From: a virus
Taxonomy: Duplodnaviria; Caudoviricetes
DNA length: 35,311 bases
Virus record (IMG/VR): IMGVR_UViG_3300021966_000008
Span: 1-35,311 of that record
Reading direction: 5' to 3' (one strand)
Shown here: positions 1 through 9,325 of the stretch, piece after piece
Numbering within the stretch: position 1 is the first letter of the stretch
Layout: every line of letters starts with the position of its first letter
Made by a program: the position numbers and the translations under genes
The notes under the pieces: generated by a model
What the model was told of the DNA's origin: nothing
Databases searched by the model: none
What the model saw: only the letters and a program-made list of their open reading frames with translations

Positions 1-55
1 GACCTTTTAGACTGGATGTTGCCTTAATACGTTTTGAGTTATTAGGTATTAGATA
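1..55. repeat. 55-bp terminal overlap identical to 35257-35311 (circular assembly overlap)
   Basis: gaccttttagactggatgttgcc...ggtattagata occurs at both ends; an ORF reads in frame across the junction. Confidence 0.95.
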
Positions 56-1546
56 AACAGCATCACCATCAAAGTCAGCACCTGATAACTTGTGTGCAAC
101 TTTAGGATGAATACCAATAGCATCAGTAGCATTACCTAAGATCTTTCTGGCAGGTCCTTTATTATTGACAGTGAGTTCAGGGATTTCAAATGTACCACCA
201 TGAGGATACCGAATCAGTACAACCTTCTCACCATTACGATAGTTCGGAGCATATACTTCATTTGGTTTCATGTCAGGAAATGGAAGTAGAACATGACCTT
301 TACTTCTAGGAAGACCCAATACTTTAAGATGCTGTTCTTTAGATTCAATACCGTCAGCATATGATTCTAATAGATGCTTCTTAACAATAGGGTTAGTCAG
401 CTTAGATATACTGGCATACTCTTTATCAAGTGATTTGTATGTTGCACTTAGACGATCCTTAACTAATGAAGTGGGTTGCTTGGATAGGAATTGTGCTGAC
501 CATTTATTACCAGACCATCCATCCCAGTCACCTTCCTCATTAACAATATTAAGTGCACCCTTCTGACGATTGATAGTGGTACCAAATGGATTATCTTTTG
601 AGTTCTTCTGTGCTTTAAAGACTTTCTCTTTTGGTGTTCCTTTAGGCTTGTTAGTATTAAAGACTAAGTCCTTACCAGCAGGTATATCATCAGAGTACAT
701 TGCCATACCTTTCATGTAATGTGTTCCATCAATACCAATACGAACTTGTGCATATCGAGAGGATCCTAAATCAAGGTCGTCTACATTACGGCGCATTTGG
801 ATAAGACCATCACGATCTACTCCACCTTTGTCACCATAACGAATAGCCACTCGATCCCAATTAACATTCTCAATAGGCTTAAGTTTAGAATATGATAGTC
901 CACCATCTTCAGACCAAGCTTCAGGCAATCTGATTTCATCTCTATGTAACTTTACAACATCAATGTCAGGTTCTTTAGTTAGAACTCGAACTGTTGTCCA
1001 CTTATCCTTGTCGGTTAATCTACGAACATAAATGTCATGCTCATAATAACCTTCTTCTTTAAGCTTCTCAATAGATGACTTAAGCTTAGTTCTAGATATT
1101 CCTAAGTGCTGTTCAGTACCAACACCAACATCCAAGTATGGAGTTTCTTTCATCAAGCTCTTTAAGGTATCAGTCGTTGTATTAATCTGCTTTGTCTTAA
1201 CTTGATCCTTAGTTGAAATATAGTTTCTAATTGTAGATTCTGGGATCCCAGTCTTTCTATGAATCTCTGCATTAGATAAACCATCTTTCTTCATACTGCT
1301 AACGGTTTCACTTAATGCTTTCTTACGATCTTCATTAGCAATTGCAATTCTGCTACGTAATACTGAAGTTGTAATTCCAAGATGCTTTGCGATCTCTTTA
1401 TCAGTTAAACCTTTTGCTCTTAGATCATCAACATCTCTTAAAATATGATTCTCACTTTGATAGCCATCTTTACCACTACCCCAAGGATAGCGACCTGAAC
1501 GACGTTTAACACCATAATGCTTTAACTTATCCTCATTTGCAGTCAT
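1..1546 (-). CDS. 5' part of ~853-aa two-barrel (DPBB) single-subunit RNA polymerase-like protein with N-terminal HTH motifs; continues at 35256->34241
   Basis: Manual translation from ATG 1546: MTANEDKLKHYGVKRRSGRYPWGSG..., HTHs (GLTDKEIAKHLGIT; GLSNAEIHRKTGIPESTIRNY), GTHYMKG, VLIRYPHGG, LSGADFDGDAV (DFDGD at 62-76). Missing from the ORF track because it crosses the contig end. Confidence 0.85.
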   Translation of the reverse strand, partial: MTANEDKLKHYGVKRRSGRYPWGSGKDGYQSENHILRDVDDLRAKGLTDKEIAKHLGITTSVLRSRIAIANEDRKKALSETVSSMKKDGLSNAEIHRKTGIPESTIRNYISTKDQVKTKQINTTTDTLKSLMKETPYLDVGVGTEQHLGISRTKLKSSIEKLKEEGYYEHDIYVRRLTDKDKWTTVRVLTKEPDIDVVKLHRDEIRLPEAWSEDGGLSYSKLKPIENVNWDRVAIRYGDKGGVDRDGLIQMRRNVDDLDLGSSRYAQVRIGIDGTHYMKGMAMYSDDIPAGKDLVFNTNKPKGTPKEKVFKAQKNSKDNPFGTTINRQKGALNIVNEEGDWDGWSGNKWSAQFLSKQPTSLVKDRLSATYKSLDKEYASISKLTNPIVKKHLLESYADGIESKEQHLKVLGLPRSKGHVLLPFPDMKPNEVYAPNYRNGEKVVLIRYPHGGTFEIPELTVNNKGPARKILGNATDAIGIHPKVAHKLSGADFDGDAVYLIPNNSKRIKATSSLKG

Positions 1547-1548
1547 CA

Positions 1549-2112
1549 CTATTCTCCCTCTTCATCCTGTAGTTGTATTAGGATTGCACTAAACCTCACG
1601 ATCTTATCCATAATGTCTGCAATTCTATATGGATCTGGATTATTCTCTTTGATTCGATTAGCTTGGTACAATCTTTGAACGATTTCTATCTTAGTTGGAT
1701 CTACATCATACTCTAGGCAGAACAAGGCTGCATAGATATCTAATTGATTAAACTTCTTAACTGGAATGTCTCCAGTCTTTAAATCATGGATTCTAAGCAC
1801 ACCATCTCGAAAGCTAATAGCATCTGCTGTTCCAAAGGCAACATCACTATAGTATAATACTTTCTCTGATTCCATGTTGAATCCTATTGCATCATTTACG
1901 AATTGATTAACTGACTTCTTCAAACGTCCTAATTTAATTCGATGCTTAATAGCTTGTGATGCAAATGCATGTAATTCAGTTCCTAATTCCTTTCTCTTTG
2001 AGCTCTCATAAATCTGTCGAACTCTATCTTGGTCATAGTTAAGCCAACTGTTCTGACTGGCTCCTAATAATGCGTGCTTTCTAGATAGATCGTAATGCTT
2101 GTTCCATTGCAT
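1549..2112 (-). CDS. PD-(D/E)XK nuclease, Cas4/DUF2800-like
   Basis: GTELHAFA, E...FGTADAI, IHDLKTG, QLDIYA motifs. Confidence 0.75.
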   Translation of the reverse strand: MQWNKHYDLSRKHALLGASQNSWLNYDQDRVRQIYESSKRKELGTELHAFASQAIKHRIKLGRLKKSVNQFVNDAIGFNMESEKVLYYSDVAFGTADAISFRDGVLRIHDLKTGDIPVKKFNQLDIYAALFCLEYDVDPTKIEIVQRLYQANRIKENNPDPYRIADIMDKIVRFSAILIQLQDEEGE

Positions 2113-2374
2113 TTAAAACATCCTCTTCATTCTCTGGATTGATAAACGAAGCATATGTAAACTTGCTCCAGTATTCAATGTAGTAATCTTGATTGGGTTG
2201 ATGGCTAGCCGTGGGCGACCTTTTAACTTCTAGAAAAGCCCAATTGCTTTTATAAAGAACAATCAAATCCGGGACACCTTGAATATAGTTTGGATCGTTC
2301 TTTAACACCATTGCACCATCTAACCTTTTCTTTATCTTCTTTATGAGCCTTGACTGAAATATAGATTCTTTCAC
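2081..2374 (-). CDS. VRR-NUC domain nuclease (Holliday junction resolvase-like)
   Basis: ESIFQ...GVPDLIVL...FLEVKR...PNQ. Confidence 0.85.
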   Translation of the reverse strand: MKESIFQSRLIKKIKKRLDGAMVLKNDPNYIQGVPDLIVLYKSNWAFLEVKRSPTASHQPNQDYYIEYWSKFTYASFINPENEEDVLNAMEQALRSI

Positions 2375-3540
2375 TGCTTTGCTCCTGATCTCTTAGCCCA
2401 ATTAGATTCATTGAACTTCTTCTTAGTTTTTATTGCTTTCATAACTGAGTTATCAATTCCAGAATGACTTAGTAAGTAATAGTATGTCAGATCATGATAC
2501 TTATTATTTGCTCTGTCTATTCTTCCTTCTGATTGTTCCATAATTCGATATGAGTAGTTAGGAGAGTAGAATATCATGGTTGATGTAGTTGTACAATTCC
2601 ATCCTTCAGATCCAGATGTATACTGCACTAAATATGCCCATGACTTTCCTTTTGGAATCTCATCATGTCGATGTCCATTCCATTCTCCAACAGATCTGCC
2701 ATCTTCTTCTAATACTTTTCGAAGTATGTCTAACTCATAATTGTAATTGTAGAATATGACTGCAGTCTTTTCATTCTCTAATACTTTCTTAAGCTTGTTG
2801 ATACGAGATTGATCTGTTGCTACTATCTTGCGTATGACTTGCGTGAACTGTGATGGATTCTCTAAGGGCTTACGACTCCATGGGTCAGCATGGGCTGTTT
2901 GCACAAAGTGATACATCTTTTTATTAAAGTCTGAGTATAAATACTCATGGCTTCGCGCATTCTTGTTATGATAATCCATATTAACTAGAATGTGGTCACG
3001 TAGTTTCATCAACAGATCAGTGTTATGGTATGCAACAATCTTAGGATACTTTTGAAAACGATCATACTCAACATGTCGAGTTGTGAAGGCTGTCTTATTT
3101 TTATAGAACCCATTGGCAACAAAGATGGGCATGAAGTCCATCCAATTGTCAGCGGGTGTAGCAGACAGCAATATCCACTTGTTCTTGTGAGCAATCTTTA
3201 TTAATGTCTTTCCCCAAGTTCCATACTCAGTTGCTCGCTGCTCATCAAATATGAAGAAAGCGTCACTAATTGATTTGTACTTAGTTATGTTGTTCCATGA
3301 ATCAACTACTAAGTTCTTTACTCCTAAGGCTGCTGCATCCTTTTCCCAATCCTTGGTATCTCTTTTCTTTGCTGTTGTTATGACGAATAGCTTTCTCTTC
3401 TTAAAGTTTGTCTTCCAAAAAGAGAGAGCAGTCAATGTTTTTCCACTACCAACTGCTCCACAAAGAATTGATCCAGAATGCAGTTTATTAACTGCCTCTT
3501 TCTGATAATCAAATAGCTTTACCTTACTAGATGATACCAT
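2371..3540 (-). CDS. SF2 (SNF2/DEAD-like) helicase
   Basis: LFDYQ Q-motif, GSGKT Walker A, FIFDEQ, LSATP, SGSEGWN, QSEGRIDR; start uncertain (3540 or 3552). Confidence 0.85.
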   Translation of the reverse strand: MVSSSKVKLFDYQKEAVNKLHSGSILCGAVGSGKTLTALSFWKTNFKKRKLFVITTAKKRDTKDWEKDAAALGVKNLVVDSWNNITKYKSISDAFFIFDEQRATEYGTWGKTLIKIAHKNKWILLSATPADNWMDFMPIFVANGFYKNKTAFTTRHVEYDRFQKYPKIVAYHNTDLLMKLRDHILVNMDYHNKNARSHEYLYSDFNKKMYHFVQTAHADPWSRKPLENPSQFTQVIRKIVATDQSRINKLKKVLENEKTAVIFYNYNYELDILRKVLEEDGRSVGEWNGHRHDEIPKGKSWAYLVQYTSGSEGWNCTTTSTMIFYSPNYSYRIMEQSEGRIDRANNKYHDLTYYYLLSHSGIDNSVMKAIKTKKKFNESNWAKRSGAKQ

Positions 3541-3982
3541 ACTTATCAGCAAATTCGTCAGTGTCCAAAGTTACATACATTGCTTTCAAATATGCTTTCA
3601 CACCATGCTGACCATTGACTTCCCAATGGTATGGACGAACAACAATATCACATTGTTCAATATCTGCCCAGTCCAACATTCCTAAACTATCTTCTTCAAG
3701 TGCAGTATGTTCTCCATTTGAAATGATGTAGATCTTAGGTGGGTATGCATTAAATCCAATTTGAATAGATAGATATGGTCTTTGGCCTTCTTCTACTTTT
3801 TCGGGTTTTGGATAACGAATGTTCCAACCCTCTTTATCTAGTTTCTTTGCTTCATCATCTTCTAAGAACACAACAAAGTTTCTTGAACCAGCCTGGTTGT
3901 ATGCAGTTTCTTTTCCTGCGAAGTTTCTAAAGCCGATTTCTACATTTCCTAAGTTAAGTGTTCCTGCATTATGTTTAACCAT
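3527..3982 (-). CDS. single-stranded DNA-binding protein (phage type)
   Basis: FRNFAG...RNF, PYHWEVNG.GVKAYLKAMYV and acidic tail; strong RBS AGAGGAG before ATG 3982; between replicase and helicase. Confidence 0.65.
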   Translation of the reverse strand: MVKHNAGTLNLGNVEIGFRNFAGKETAYNQAGSRNFVVFLEDDEAKKLDKEGWNIRYPKPEKVEEGQRPYLSIQIGFNAYPPKIYIISNGEHTALEEDSLGMLDWADIEQCDIVVRPYHWEVNGQHGVKAYLKAMYVTLDTDEFADKYGII

Positions 3983-4029
3983 AATATCTCCTCTTCTGTG
4001 TCGTTGTTTTTCTGCTTGTTGTTGTTTTT

Positions 4030-4050
4030 CTACAAAAAAATTGGAGGCAT
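4030..4050 (-). CDS. putative leader minigene MPPIFL*
   Basis: GGAGG-7nt-ATG CCT CCA ATT TTT TTG TAG, overlapping a terminator hairpin. Confidence 0.3.
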   Translation of the reverse strand: MPPIFL

Positions 4051-4062
4051 ATTCCATCCTCC
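4034..4062 (-). terminator. intrinsic terminator directly after promoter copy 1
   Basis: GGAGG-N10-CCTCC then AA and T7. Confidence 0.6.
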
Positions 4063-4092
4063 TCTACTATAGGGTATGTTTTTTCTGCGGAT
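4062..4092 (-). promoter_or_regulatory. conserved promoter-like motif, copy 1
   Basis: ATCCGCAGAAAAAACATACCCTATAGTAGAG, near-identical to three other intergenic copies. Confidence 0.75.
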
Positions 4093-4129
4093 TTTTTTCA
4101 CGCACGCTATATCCCTTGTGGGAGTAAGG

Positions 4130-7100
4130 CTAAGCTAGGTACCGTTTTGCCTTGTCTCCAAAAACGTCACGAGCTAATCCCACTTTTTGCACATCTGCGA
4201 CTGCATCGGACACCATTTGCTCATAATAATCCATATTAACATCATCCAAGTTAGTATAATCAGTTGATAGTTTCCAGGACACACCTTTAGTCCCAGCTAC
4301 TGCTGCTTCCTTATACTTACGACTTCCATCTTCATTAAGCGCATCAGTATCAATACGCTTTAGTAATTGTCCACCCGTCTTAGAAGCATAGAACTGTCCA
4401 ACCTTTCCAACAAACTCATCATCAATATACATGGTACCTTTCTTAACTGACTTAGTAACAAAGAAGTCAGTTTGATTAACCATCTCACCAGTACACAATG
4501 TTTTAAAGATATAAGGATTTTGGAACTCAGCCCCAATTGCTTCCCATTGTCCATGGTCAGGCCATTCATCATTATCTTCAACTTTACCAACAAGCACAGC
4601 TTTATTAAGTAAGGCAAGTCGATCAAAGATATGTTCAACTTCAAAGTTATAACCATAGTGCTTACCAAAGTCAACAACGAACTTGATTTGCTCATCGGTT
4701 GCCTCCGCCAGTTTAATTGAATCAGTCTTAATATGAATTACTTCAAAGCCTCTGGATTGTGCAGCCTTCTTAAGATCAATCATAAACAAAGCTCCACGCT
4801 TTGCAACAATGTTATCTACATTCAATGGACTTCTAAACTTGTTATCGAATAATGCGGAAGTCATTCCATACACAATATTAATAATAATCTTCATTGCATA
4901 TGCCAGTTGCTTTGCTCTTGCCTTATCACCAAGATATGGTTTCAATGCACCATTAAACATTTTACCAGCTTTATCAAAGTCTCCATGCTTCACATAGATA
5001 CGAGCTTGCTTTAGATCAGCAAATCTTTGAGTGTATGGTCCAAAGTAGTTTAGCTCAATTAAAGATGTTGGATGCATAGATGCCACATCAATTTCTACAA
5101 CATGCTTGTATGTTCCTGGTTTAGAATATACATAGCCACCTTCGCCAACAACTTCACCTTGGTACGTAGACTTCCCACGCCCAGCTTCTTCTTTACCATA
5201 CTTGTTAAACTTGTAACCTGGGAATTGTTTACTGAGATCTGTGTAGACAAATTTATCTTGAGGTCTCTTGTCGTTACCAAATAAGAACTTAGCAGCTTGT
5301 TGCTGTGTTGTTGCATTGATTGGGAGTCCAGATAATTCTGTTAGAATCTCTCTAGCCTTATAATCATCATATGTATAATCAAATAATGCATTTGTTGCAT
5401 CCACATCATTACCACAGTATTCAGCTGCTCGATCCCATTCAGACTTGTCTAATGGTTTGTCCCATGGGAATTCAAACTCGTCATGCTTCATACCCATTTC
5501 AATTTCCCATTTCTTCAATGACTGCTTCTTTGAGTTGTACTCATAAATGTCAGCATACGCTAAATCATAGGCATTAACATTAAAACCACCTTGGGTATTA
5601 TTAATAATGTCTTGTGACCGATGGAACAACTGGATAGGAGTTTCACCCAAATATGCTCCATACAAGATATGATTATCATATCGTCTATTGTTAAACCCAA
5701 CTAAAGGTTTCTTAATCAGTTCTTCAATCTGTTGAGGTGTCGGATTAAACCAGACTGTCTTCTTGTCAGTTCCATACTTCTTAAACTCAACAAGCAATAA
5801 GTTTGGATAAACTTCCAAATCAAAGAAGTATAGATCTTCTTTAGGATATGTCTTACGTGATACATTCTCTTTTTCAATGGAACCGCCATCTTGTTCTTCA
5901 TCTGTATTCTTAAACTTCATCTTAGCTACAAGGTTCAAACAATATGCTTTATGATTAGTAGACTTACTTGCAAATACCATGACATCTTTTGCAAGATCAC
6001 TAACATCATACTGAACCCCTTTACTTTCCGCTTCTTTCAGAATATGATCTATGAAGTCAATGCTTGGTTTAGTTGCTGAGTGATACTCTTTTCTTAAATT
6101 TCTTTCGATTGCTGTTCTCATCTTTTGTTCATTCCAAATCATATCTGTTGAATCATACATAGTCTTTGTCTCCGTTTTCTTTTCTAATTTTAATTCTTCT
6201 TGCGTTGCTTCTGCTATCTTATTTGTGTTCCATAGAACTAGTTTTCTTCTTAACGAACTATTACCTTTAAATACTTTCACTTCAATATTGTGAGATATAA
6301 TTGATGATAATTCAGTGGGGTCACCCTTATAGAGATAATGCAAGTGAACTCCTTTACCTGACTTAGATGTTTCTGCATATGTTGGTGGGTACTTGGACGC
6401 TTCCATTGTATTACGTTCCAAACTCTTGTTACCTTCTGCATCACGTAAGTCGAAGTCAATAACAATTAAATTCAACGGAACCTGCACATAATGCAAGTTG
6501 GTTTCATCAATGTCTGCTAGCGTTGTAGTAACTTGATCCCACTTCTTCTTAGGTGTTCCATTATCATTAGCATATTGAGCTGGAAACTCTTCTCCATACT
6601 CACTAAATGGTTTGACTTGTGGCTTTGATAATTTAAGCCAGCCCATTTGTGTATCCATCTGAACTTCTGGTTCTTTCTTATCTTGATTTGGAAAGAGTAC
6701 ATCATGCTTTAACCCCCAATATAAATTATATTGTGCCACTCCATCCACCATCTTTCTATCTTGATTGTGCTTGTAATATCTTTTAAGTTCATTCTTCAAT
6801 TTTGATTTGGCTCCTTCAGTTGACAGGTCTCTATCATTCAGGAAATCCTTATACAATTCATTTGCTCTTCTTAATGTTACTGAGTCACCTAGACGTTCAT
6901 AGTTCTCGATCATGAAGCTGAACATAATATCTGTAGCTTCTTGCATGTCAGTATTAACGTCATCTCGATATGCAGCTGGTCCTAATTGCTTGAAGACGTC
7001 CATGGCTTTTTGTGCAATTGCTGCTTTCTCTTTAATTATGCCAGCCATCAACTCATTATACCTGTGAGGCTCTACGGTTCTCCCTGAGGGCTCTACGACT

Positions 7101-7978
7101 ATGGCACGTCTATTTATACCAGCATCCACGTTACGGCTCTTATATCGCTGATTAGAGGCTGTTATTAGCAATCCATTAAACGTTACATCATACTCTGCTT
7201 GATACTTCTTATTAACGGTTAATGACTCATGTGACGTAAGCTTCAATAAGTTGGTATCATTCTTGATTATACTAATGTTACTATCTGAATCAATCAGGAC
7301 TGGAATCTCTTGAACATCAGAGGTACCAAAGGTTGAACCATCTGTCAGTTTGTGCAGATCTATGTTAGCTGCATAATCTTCAAATATGGTTTCAAAGATA
7401 TTTATTACAGTTCCCTTACCGGTTCCTTTACCACCATAGATGTATAAGAACTTTTGAATGTTATGCATTGAATTTGTAAGTGTTGCTCCCATTCCCCAAA
7501 GTAACTTAGTCAAGTTTGCATTATCATACAGAGTTCCTAATAACTCATCCAGATTTTCAGTTGATCCCTTCTGTGGTGTATAGGACAATTTGGTTGTGGC
7601 ATAATCCTCTTTAACAATCTGCTCATTACCAAATATGATTCTCGTGTTGAAACTTGGAGCGTCCGTTTCTAATATTTTAAAAGCTTTAACAATTCCATCA
7701 GCAACCTTTGAACTTGCATCCGTTGCTTTCTTTTCAATAATCACCAATTTTGGATTTGACTTAAGCATCTCTTTTTTCTTTGCGTCTACCAGCTTGTCAA
7801 TAGACGACCATAAGTTGTTCATACTTGTATCCCATTTGGTTCCATTCCAGAAAGCGTAAAATGCTCCACCTCTTATTAATAGATCTTTCGTATCTCTCAA
7901 AATTAAGGTTGGCATTAAAACGGCATCAATTTTTCGGTCGTTGGGGTTGGCTATATTTTTGATCTCAATAAAGTCCAT
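4130..7978 (-). CDS. SF3 helicase - AEP primase - family B DNA polymerase fusion
   Basis: GGKGTGKGT Walker A and LIDSD; IDFD and ETSKSGKGVHLHY (AEP); FDLEVY exonuclease, DVASMHP, KIIINIVYG, HIKTDS (PolB); RBS AAAGGAG before ATG 7978. Confidence 0.85.
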   Translation of the reverse strand: MDFIEIKNIANPNDRKIDAVLMPTLILRDTKDLLIRGGAFYAFWNGTKWDTSMNNLWSSIDKLVDAKKKEMLKSNPKLVIIEKKATDASSKVADGIVKAFKILETDAPSFNTRIIFGNEQIVKEDYATTKLSYTPQKGSTENLDELLGTLYDNANLTKLLWGMGATLTNSMHNIQKFLYIYGGKGTGKGTVINIFETIFEDYAANIDLHKLTDGSTFGTSDVQEIPVLIDSDSNISIIKNDTNLLKLTSHESLTVNKKYQAEYDVTFNGLLITASNQRYKSRNVDAGINRRAIVVEPSGRTVEPHRYNELMAGIIKEKAAIAQKAMDVFKQLGPAAYRDDVNTDMQEATDIMFSFMIENYERLGDSVTLRRANELYKDFLNDRDLSTEGAKSKLKNELKRYYKHNQDRKMVDGVAQYNLYWGLKHDVLFPNQDKKEPEVQMDTQMGWLKLSKPQVKPFSEYGEEFPAQYANDNGTPKKKWDQVTTTLADIDETNLHYVQVPLNLIVIDFDLRDAEGNKSLERNTMEASKYPPTYAETSKSGKGVHLHYLYKGDPTELSSIISHNIEVKVFKGNSSLRRKLVLWNTNKIAEATQEELKLEKKTETKTMYDSTDMIWNEQKMRTAIERNLRKEYHSATKPSIDFIDHILKEAESKGVQYDVSDLAKDVMVFASKSTNHKAYCLNLVAKMKFKNTDEEQDGGSIEKENVSRKTYPKEDLYFFDLEVYPNLLLVEFKKYGTDKKTVWFNPTPQQIEELIKKPLVGFNNRRYDNHILYGAYLGETPIQLFHRSQDIINNTQGGFNVNAYDLAYADIYEYNSKKQSLKKWEIEMGMKHDEFEFPWDKPLDKSEWDRAAEYCGNDVDATNALFDYTYDDYKAREILTELSGLPINATTQQQAAKFLFGNDKRPQDKFVYTDLSKQFPGYKFNKYGKEEAGRGKSTYQGEVVGEGGYVYSKPGTYKHVVEIDVASMHPTSLIELNYFGPYTQRFADLKQARIYVKHGDFDKAGKMFNGALKPYLGDKARAKQLAYAMKIIINIVYGMTSALFDNKFRSPLNVDNIVAKRGALFMIDLKKAAQSRGFEVIHIKTDSIKLAEATDEQIKFVVDFGKHYGYNFEVEHIFDRLALLNKAVLVGKVEDNDEWPDHGQWEAIGAEFQNPYIFKTLCTGEMVNQTDFFVTKSVKKGTMYIDDEFVGKVGQFYASKTGGQLLKRIDTDALNEDGSRKYKEAAVAGTKGVSWKLSTDYTNLDDVNMDYYEQMVSDAVADVQKVGLARDVFGDKAKRYLA

Positions 7979-7995
7979 TATAGCTCCTTTCAACC

Positions 7996-8236
7996 ATTTG
8001 TAGTTTTTGTTGTTTTTTTTTCATATACTCTCTATATATATATTTATTTTTTTATAGTAACAATGTCATTTTAGGGGAAAAAAACAACAAGCCATCGGCA
8101 AACCCTTATGGGAGTAGGCTTTAACCCCTGTTAAAATTTGTTGTTTTTTTTCAGGAAAAACCACAAATCCTGAATTCAGGATTAAAATTCTCTAATTTTT
8201 ACCATTTGTTGTTTTTATCCAGGAAAAACCACAAAT
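7996..8236. repeat. candidate replication origin: AT-rich tract, AAAAAC[ACT]ACAAAT iterons in both orientations, 18-bp palindrome
   Basis: 33-bp dyad ATTTGTTGTTTTT-N7-AAAAACCACAAAT at 8136-8168 and 8204-8236; AATCCTGAATTCAGGATT at 8166-8183; non-coding, upstream of the replicase. Confidence 0.6.
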
Positions 8237-8817
8237 TATTTTAGCTGTTTTTTGGCAAATTTATACCATTTTTCCTTCTTTACACGTCCCAAAAAGCTCT
8301 CAAATTCGTATTCAAAACTGTAATATTCGACTGCTCCATTGTCATATTGAGGTAATTTAAACATTGAAACCTCTCCAGTTTTTGAGTTTACGAAGCTTCC
8401 ATTAGCCAAAGATCTTCCCAATTGAGCTAAATGTCGGGCGTCATATTGACCAAATGTTTGAGCTAAACCTAAGTTTTCGAGTATCATATTGGCCCAAAAT
8501 ATCTCATTCAACCCCATCTTTTTAGTCAACTGGTTCACGAAATACATCACAAATTGACCGAAACTTACCTTAGCAAAACGGTCAACATTTAAGTTTGAGT
8601 CATTGGGATTCATTGCATTAATAGCATCTATATACAACTTACCATACAAATCTAAGTCTGCACGTCTCGTTGGTTTTAATCGAATGTAATATAAGTCTTG
8701 AATTTGACGGTGAACTTTCTCCCAATCATTCAGACAGGTCAACTCCTCATCAACCCAATCATTGTATCGTCTACTATCAATGTCTCCTAAATTGTAACGC
8801 CTATCAACAGTCCTCAT
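8236..8817 (-). CDS. hypothetical protein, paralog family member 4
   Basis: Shares P.R..DL, VSF, W..M.LENLGL, SFEYE pattern with the three upstream genes. Confidence 0.8.
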   Translation of the reverse strand: MRTVDRRYNLGDIDSRRYNDWVDEELTCLNDWEKVHRQIQDLYYIRLKPTRRADLDLYGKLYIDAINAMNPNDSNLNVDRFAKVSFGQFVMYFVNQLTKKMGLNEIFWANMILENLGLAQTFGQYDARHLAQLGRSLANGSFVNSKTGEVSMFKLPQYDNGAVEYYSFEYEFESFLGRVKKEKWYKFAKKQLK

Positions 8818-8818
8818 T

Positions 8819-9325
8819 CTAATTTCCCCTTCTAATTGAATATTTATTCTGTGCCTTAGCTGTACGAACTCCTAAATATATAAGGAATTCACTATCAAAT
8901 CCTAAGCCTTTTACTTCACTATACTTCTGATGATCCAATCCAAACATATTGTGACTATCTCTTATCTCTCCCCAACTAGCCTGATCAATTATAATAGCTT
9001 CATTATAAGACGGAACATTAAGGTTATACATAATTAAATGGGCAGCCGATTCATAATCAACAGCACTAATATGATCTTGGATCTTCTCTGAATAGTACAT
9101 TACTACCTCAGAAAAGCTAACAAATCCAGGATCATGCAAGTCATACTTTTTACATAATGATATCCTTTTATCATACATATACTTCCAAACTTCTAAGTCT
9201 TGCTCACGGTGTGGCGTATAACGTACTGTCAAGAGATGCTTAAAAGCCTTTAGGATATCTGGACTATCTAAACCTTCAAGCATTAACTCTTGATAACTAT
9301 TGTATGTCTGAGCCATTGATGTCAC
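8819..9325 (-). CDS. hypothetical protein, paralog family member 3
   Basis: PHREQDL, VSFSEVV, HLIMYNLNV, NMFG, GFDSE; start may be ATG 9316. Confidence 0.8.
   Translation of the reverse strand: MTSMAQTYNSYQELMLEGLDSPDILKAFKHLLTVRYTPHREQDLEVWKYMYDKRISLCKKYDLHDPGFVSFSEVVMYYSEKIQDHISAVDYESAAHLIMYNLNVPSYNEAIIIDQASWGEIRDSHNMFGLDHQKYSEVKGLGFDSEFLIYLGVRTAKAQNKYSIRRGN

Noticed and set aside
4062-4080. T7-type promoter (CTATAG followed by purines)
   Set aside because: Resemblance is limited to a few bases, and the encoded polymerase has DFDGD rather than T7-family motifs
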